Source: Raja brachyura
Lineage: Eukaryota
Assembly: GCA_963514005.1 (NCBI GenBank)
Contig: OY740827.1
Span: forward strand, 3,596,001-3,660,000
Length of the DNA: 64,000 nt
Direction: 5' to 3'
Numbering within the stretch: the stretch's first letter is position 1; each line of letters begins with the position of its first letter. Of the stretch, positions 59,668-64,000 are shown one piece after another. The notes below the pieces were generated by a model. The model had not been told where the DNA came from. It made no database searches and saw only the letters and a program-made list of their open reading frames with translations. The translations under genes and the position numbers were made by a program.

Positions 59668-62600
59668 TGTCCGATCCCAGATATCCCGTCAGTCCCCGAT
59701 CTCGCGGTCTGGAAGAGAAAGTGATTGCAGTAAAACTCCAGCGACCAATATACATTAAGCGACACGGATGCAATGCTGAGGCTCTTTCAGGCGCTGGTCA
59801 GACCGCACTTGGATTATTGTGAGCAATTTTCAGACCCATGTCTGATGAAGGATATGCAGGCGCTGGAGAGCGTCCAGAGGAGGCTTACAAGAATGGTCCC
59901 AGGAATGAGTGGGTTTACATGTGATGAGTATTTGACGGCACAGGGCCTGTACTCGCTCGAGTTTAGAAGAATGAGGGGGGAACACAATGAAACTTACCGA
60001 ATAATGAAATGGCTTGGATAGAGTGGATGTGGATAGGATATTTTCACTAGTGGGAGAGGTCATAGCCTCAGAATTAAAGGACTTCTTTTAGGACGGAAAT
60101 GAGGAGAAATTTCTTTGGTCAGAGGGTGGTGAATCTGTGGAATTCTTTGCCACAGACGGCTGCGGAGGCCAATTCAAGCTTTCAAGGTCAGTTTATTGTC
60201 ACATGTACCAATTAAGGTACAGTGAAATTCGAATTACCAAAAAAAAGCAACAAGAGACACAACTACATAAAAGTTAACATAAACATCCACCACAGCAGAC
60301 TCCCCACGATCCTCAATGTGACGGAAGGCAATAAAGTCCAAACTTCTTCCTCTTGTATTCTCCTGCGGTCGGGGCAAGCGAACCATCCGCAGTCTGGGGG
60401 ATTGAAGCTCCCGCAGCCAGCGGTCGAAGACCCCGCTTCAGGGCGATCGAAGCTCCTGCGGCTTGGAGTTTCCCGAAGTCGGTCTCTAACCAGAGACCAC
60501 AAGCTCCGTGATGTTAAAGTCCACAGGCACCCACGGTTGGAGCCCCAAAATCGACCCCCGACAGGGATCGCAAGCTCCGTGATGGTAAGTCCTGCAGGCA
60601 CCTGGGGTGGAGCTCTCGAAGTCGGACTCCAGCAAAGGCCACCAACTCCTCGATGTTAGGCCGCAGTGTGGACGAAGATATGATACGGAAGAAAATCGCA
60701 TCTCCGTCAAGGTAAGTGAATAGGAAAATTTTCCCCAACATCCCCCCCACTCCCCACATAAAACAAGCTAAAAAACACATTTAACACACACACACACACA
60801 GAACAAAGAAGGAAGGGACAGACTGTTGGCGAGGCAGCCATTGTTGGCGCCACCTGGTGGTTAAGTCAGTGGATATTGTTAAGGCAGAGATAGATAGATT
60901 ATGAATTAGTAGGGGTTAAGGGGAGAAGGCAGGAGAATGGGGTTAAGAGGGAGTGATAGATCAGCCATGATTGAATGGTGGAGTAGATTTGATGGGCCAA
61001 ATGGCCTAATTCTACTATCACTTATGACCTTATTTTGGTTTTTAAAAGCTTCCCAATTGTTAACTTCCTGCTAATCTTTGCCAAGTAACATGATGGCACA
61101 CAGTGGTGCAGCGGTAGAGTTGCTGCCTCACAGCGCCAGAGACCCGACTTCGATCCTGACTACAGCTGCTGTCTGTACAGAGTTTGTACGTTCACCCTGT
61201 GATCTGCGTGGATTTTCTCCGCGATCTCCAATTCCTTCCACGCTCCAAAGATGTACGGGTTCGTAGGTTAATTAGAATGTATTGGTCCGAAGTGTGTGTA
61301 GGACAGTGTTGGTCACTGGTCAGTGCGGGCTGAAGGGCCTGTTTTCACACTTGTCACTAAACTAAACACAGAACTAGTTTGTGAACGGGTGATCGCTGGT
61401 CGGCATGGACTCGTGGGATGAAGGGCCTGTTTCCGCGCTGTATCTCTAAACTAAACATGGAACTAGTGTGTGAATGGGTGATCGATTGTCAGAGCGGACT
61501 GAGAGGGTCCAGAGGAGGTTTACGAGAACAATCCCGGAGAATGAGTGGGTTAACGTACGATGAGCATTTGACAGCACTGGGCCTGTACTCGCTGGAGTTT
61601 AGAAGGATGAGGGGACCTCATTGAAACGCACCGAATGGTGAAAATCCTGGAAAGAGTGGATGTGGAGAGGATGTTTCAACTAATGGGAGAGGTCATAGCC
61701 TCAGAATTAAAGGATGTTCTTTTAAGAAGGAGATGAGTAGGAATTTATGTAGTCGGAGGGTGGTGAATCTGTGGAATTATTTGCCACAGAAGGCTGTGGA
61801 GGCCGTCATTGGATAATTTTAGTTGGAGAGTCTCGGACCAGAAGGCAATGCCTGAGAATAAAAGGACGTAGTTTTAGGAAGGAGATGAGGAAGCATTTCT
61901 TAAGCCAGAGTGTGGTGAATCTGTGGAATTCATTGCCACAGATGGCTGTGGAGGCCAAGTTAATGTGTTTTCACTTCCCTCTGGAAGGCGACTCCGGACT
62001 GTCAAAGCCGCCACATCCAGGCATAAAAACAGTTTTTATCCATGAGTAGTTGCTCCGCTCAACAGTCAAAGATCTGTAGCCTCCCTTTGATCTGGTATTT
62101 TGTTGGTTCACATGCTTGAGCAATGGTGTTTTATCATTAATGTTTTATTTTTATTATTAATGTTTAGTGTTTTCTGAGTCATTTGTAACTGTCACTGTAT
62201 GTCATGTTGTTACTTGTGGGCGGAGCACCAAGGCAAATTCCTTGTATGTGAATATTTGGCCAATAAACATACTTACTTTCAAGGTGGAGATTGACAGATT
62301 CTTGATTAGTACAGGTGTCAGTGTTTATGGGGAGAAGGCAGGAGAATGGGTTCGAGAGGGAAAGATAGATCAGCCATGATCGAATGGCGGAGTGGACTCG
62401 ATGGGCCGAATGGCCTAAGTCTGCTATTGTGTCTTACAAAGTTATGAAAAGCTGCCTGACCCGCTGAGTTCCCTCAGTAGATGGAATGTCGCTACAGATT
62501 CCCGCATCTGCAGTCTGTTGTGTCTCCAGTGGGAGAAGGTACAATTTGCAAATTTCAGATGATATGGAAACTTGTGATGTTGTGGTTGGCAATGAAGGTG

Positions 62601-63034
62601 GTGTAAAGTTGCAGTAGGATAAAGGACACGGGGGGTATCAATCTGCAGGTAGACTGGGAAATTCACATTGGTGCTGGGTTCCAAGGGAAGGAATTTGTAG
62701 AGTGTTTTTGAGATGGCTTCTAAGAGCAGCTTGTAATCGAGCATACTAGGCAATTTGGTTCGGCATTGGTTTATGGGCAGCAGAGTGGCACAGCGGTAAA
62801 GCTGCTGTATCACAGTGCCAGAGACCCAGGTTCGATCCTGACTGTAGGTGCTGTCTTTACAGAGTTTGTATGTTCTCCCCATGCTCCGGTTTCCTCCCAC
62901 ACTCCAAAGATCTTACAGGTTTGTAGGTTAATTGGCTTCTATAAATTAGCAAATTGTCCCTTGTGTGTGTAGGATGGTGTTAGTGTGTGGGGATCGCTGG
63001 TCAGCGCGGACTCGGTGGGCTGAAGGGCCTGTTT

Positions 63035-63522
63035 ACACCAGACTGATTCCTGGGATGTCAGGACTTTCATATGAGGAAAGATTGGATAGACTCGGCTTGT
63101 ACTCGCTGGAATTTAGAAGATTGAGGGGGGATCTTATAGAAACTTACAAAATTCTTAAGGGGTTGGACAAGCTAGATGCTGGAAGATTGTTCCCGATGTT
63201 GGGGGAGTCCAGAACAAGGGGTCACAGTCTAAGGATAAGGGGGAATTCCTTTAGGACCGAGATGAGGAAAACATTCTTTACACAGGGAGTGGTGAGTCTC
63301 TGGAATTCTCTGCCACAGAAGGTAGTTGAGGCCAGTTCATTGGCTATATTTAAGAGGGCGTTAGATGTGGCACTTGTAGCTAAAGGGATCAGGGGGTATG
63401 GAGAGAAGGCAGGTACGGGATACTGAGTTGGATGATCAGCCATGATCATATTGAATGGCGGTGCAGGCTCGAAGGGCCGAATGGCCTACTCCTGCACCTA
63501 TTTTTCTATGTTTCTATGTTTC
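63035..63522 (+). mobile_element. Young 5'-truncated CR1 3' end inserted into a SINE tail
   Basis: TRLIPGMSGLSYEERL...GYGEKAGTGY*, 3' UTR and (tttctatg)n tail; near-identical to the reverse complement of 29519-30000. Confidence 0.88.
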
Positions 63523-64000
63523 TACACTCTGTATCTCTGAAACTAAAACTAAGAACTAAAACTATTGTGAAACAAACCAGATTTAATCCGGGTGATTATG
63601 GGAAAAGAACCGTTCGGAGGTCGTGACCATAAAATGATAAAATGCTCAGGCTTTATAACACGTGGGTCAGACCACATATGGAGAATTGGGAGCAGTTTTG
63701 GGCCCTATATATGAGGAGGTATGTACTGGCATTGGAGAGGGTCCAGAGGAGGTTTGTGGTCATGATGGCTTTAACATATGATGAGCATTTGTCAGCATTG
63801 GGTCTGCACTCGCTGGAGTTTAGAGGAATCAGGGGGAACCTTATTGACATTTACCGAACAGTGAAAGGCTTGGATAGAGTGGATGTAGAGAGAATATTTC
63901 CACTAGTGGGAGAGTCCAGGACTAGAGGTCATAGGTTCAGAATTAAAGGACATTCCTTTACGAAGGAGATGAGGAGGAATTTCCTTAGTCAATCTGTGGA

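Larger units (their letters stand above)
44742..61452. repeat. Segmental/tandem duplication unit, copy B
   Basis: Colinear with 1-20858 minus the copy-A-specific CR1 and LTR insertions. Confidence 0.93.

Overview
Repeat-dense vertebrate genomic DNA. The CR1-clade LINEs with (ATGTTTCT)n tails, the V-type tRNA-derived SINEs and the DIRS element suggest a cartilaginous fish, probably a skate or ray (inference). The window is built on a tandem segmental duplication (about 1-20.9 kb vs 44.7-61.5 kb) that carries two minus-strand paralogs of a Siglec/MAG-like Ig-superfamily receptor gene. I reconstructed the exons from GT-AG phase-1 junctions: leader, Siglec V-set (essential Arg in YFFR and the Siglec cysteine pattern), C2, and two near-duplicate Ig exons. 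Paralog B also has a transmembrane exon that stops about 6 residues into the cytoplasm; paralog A's TM exon would lie left of the window. By manual count, the ligand-binding V domains differ at 28/122 residues with only ~4 silent codons, while domain 2 differs at 3/98, a clear diversifying-selection pattern. Paralog B carries a nonsense codon in an in-frame-skippable exon. The rest of the window is mobile DNA and repeats: a full-length CR1 with 82-bp 5' monomers, a solo LTR, a rearranged DIRS with a nested CR1, HERO-like, Gypsy and Helitron-like remnants, SINEs, minisatellites and microsatellites. All comparisons were made by eye.
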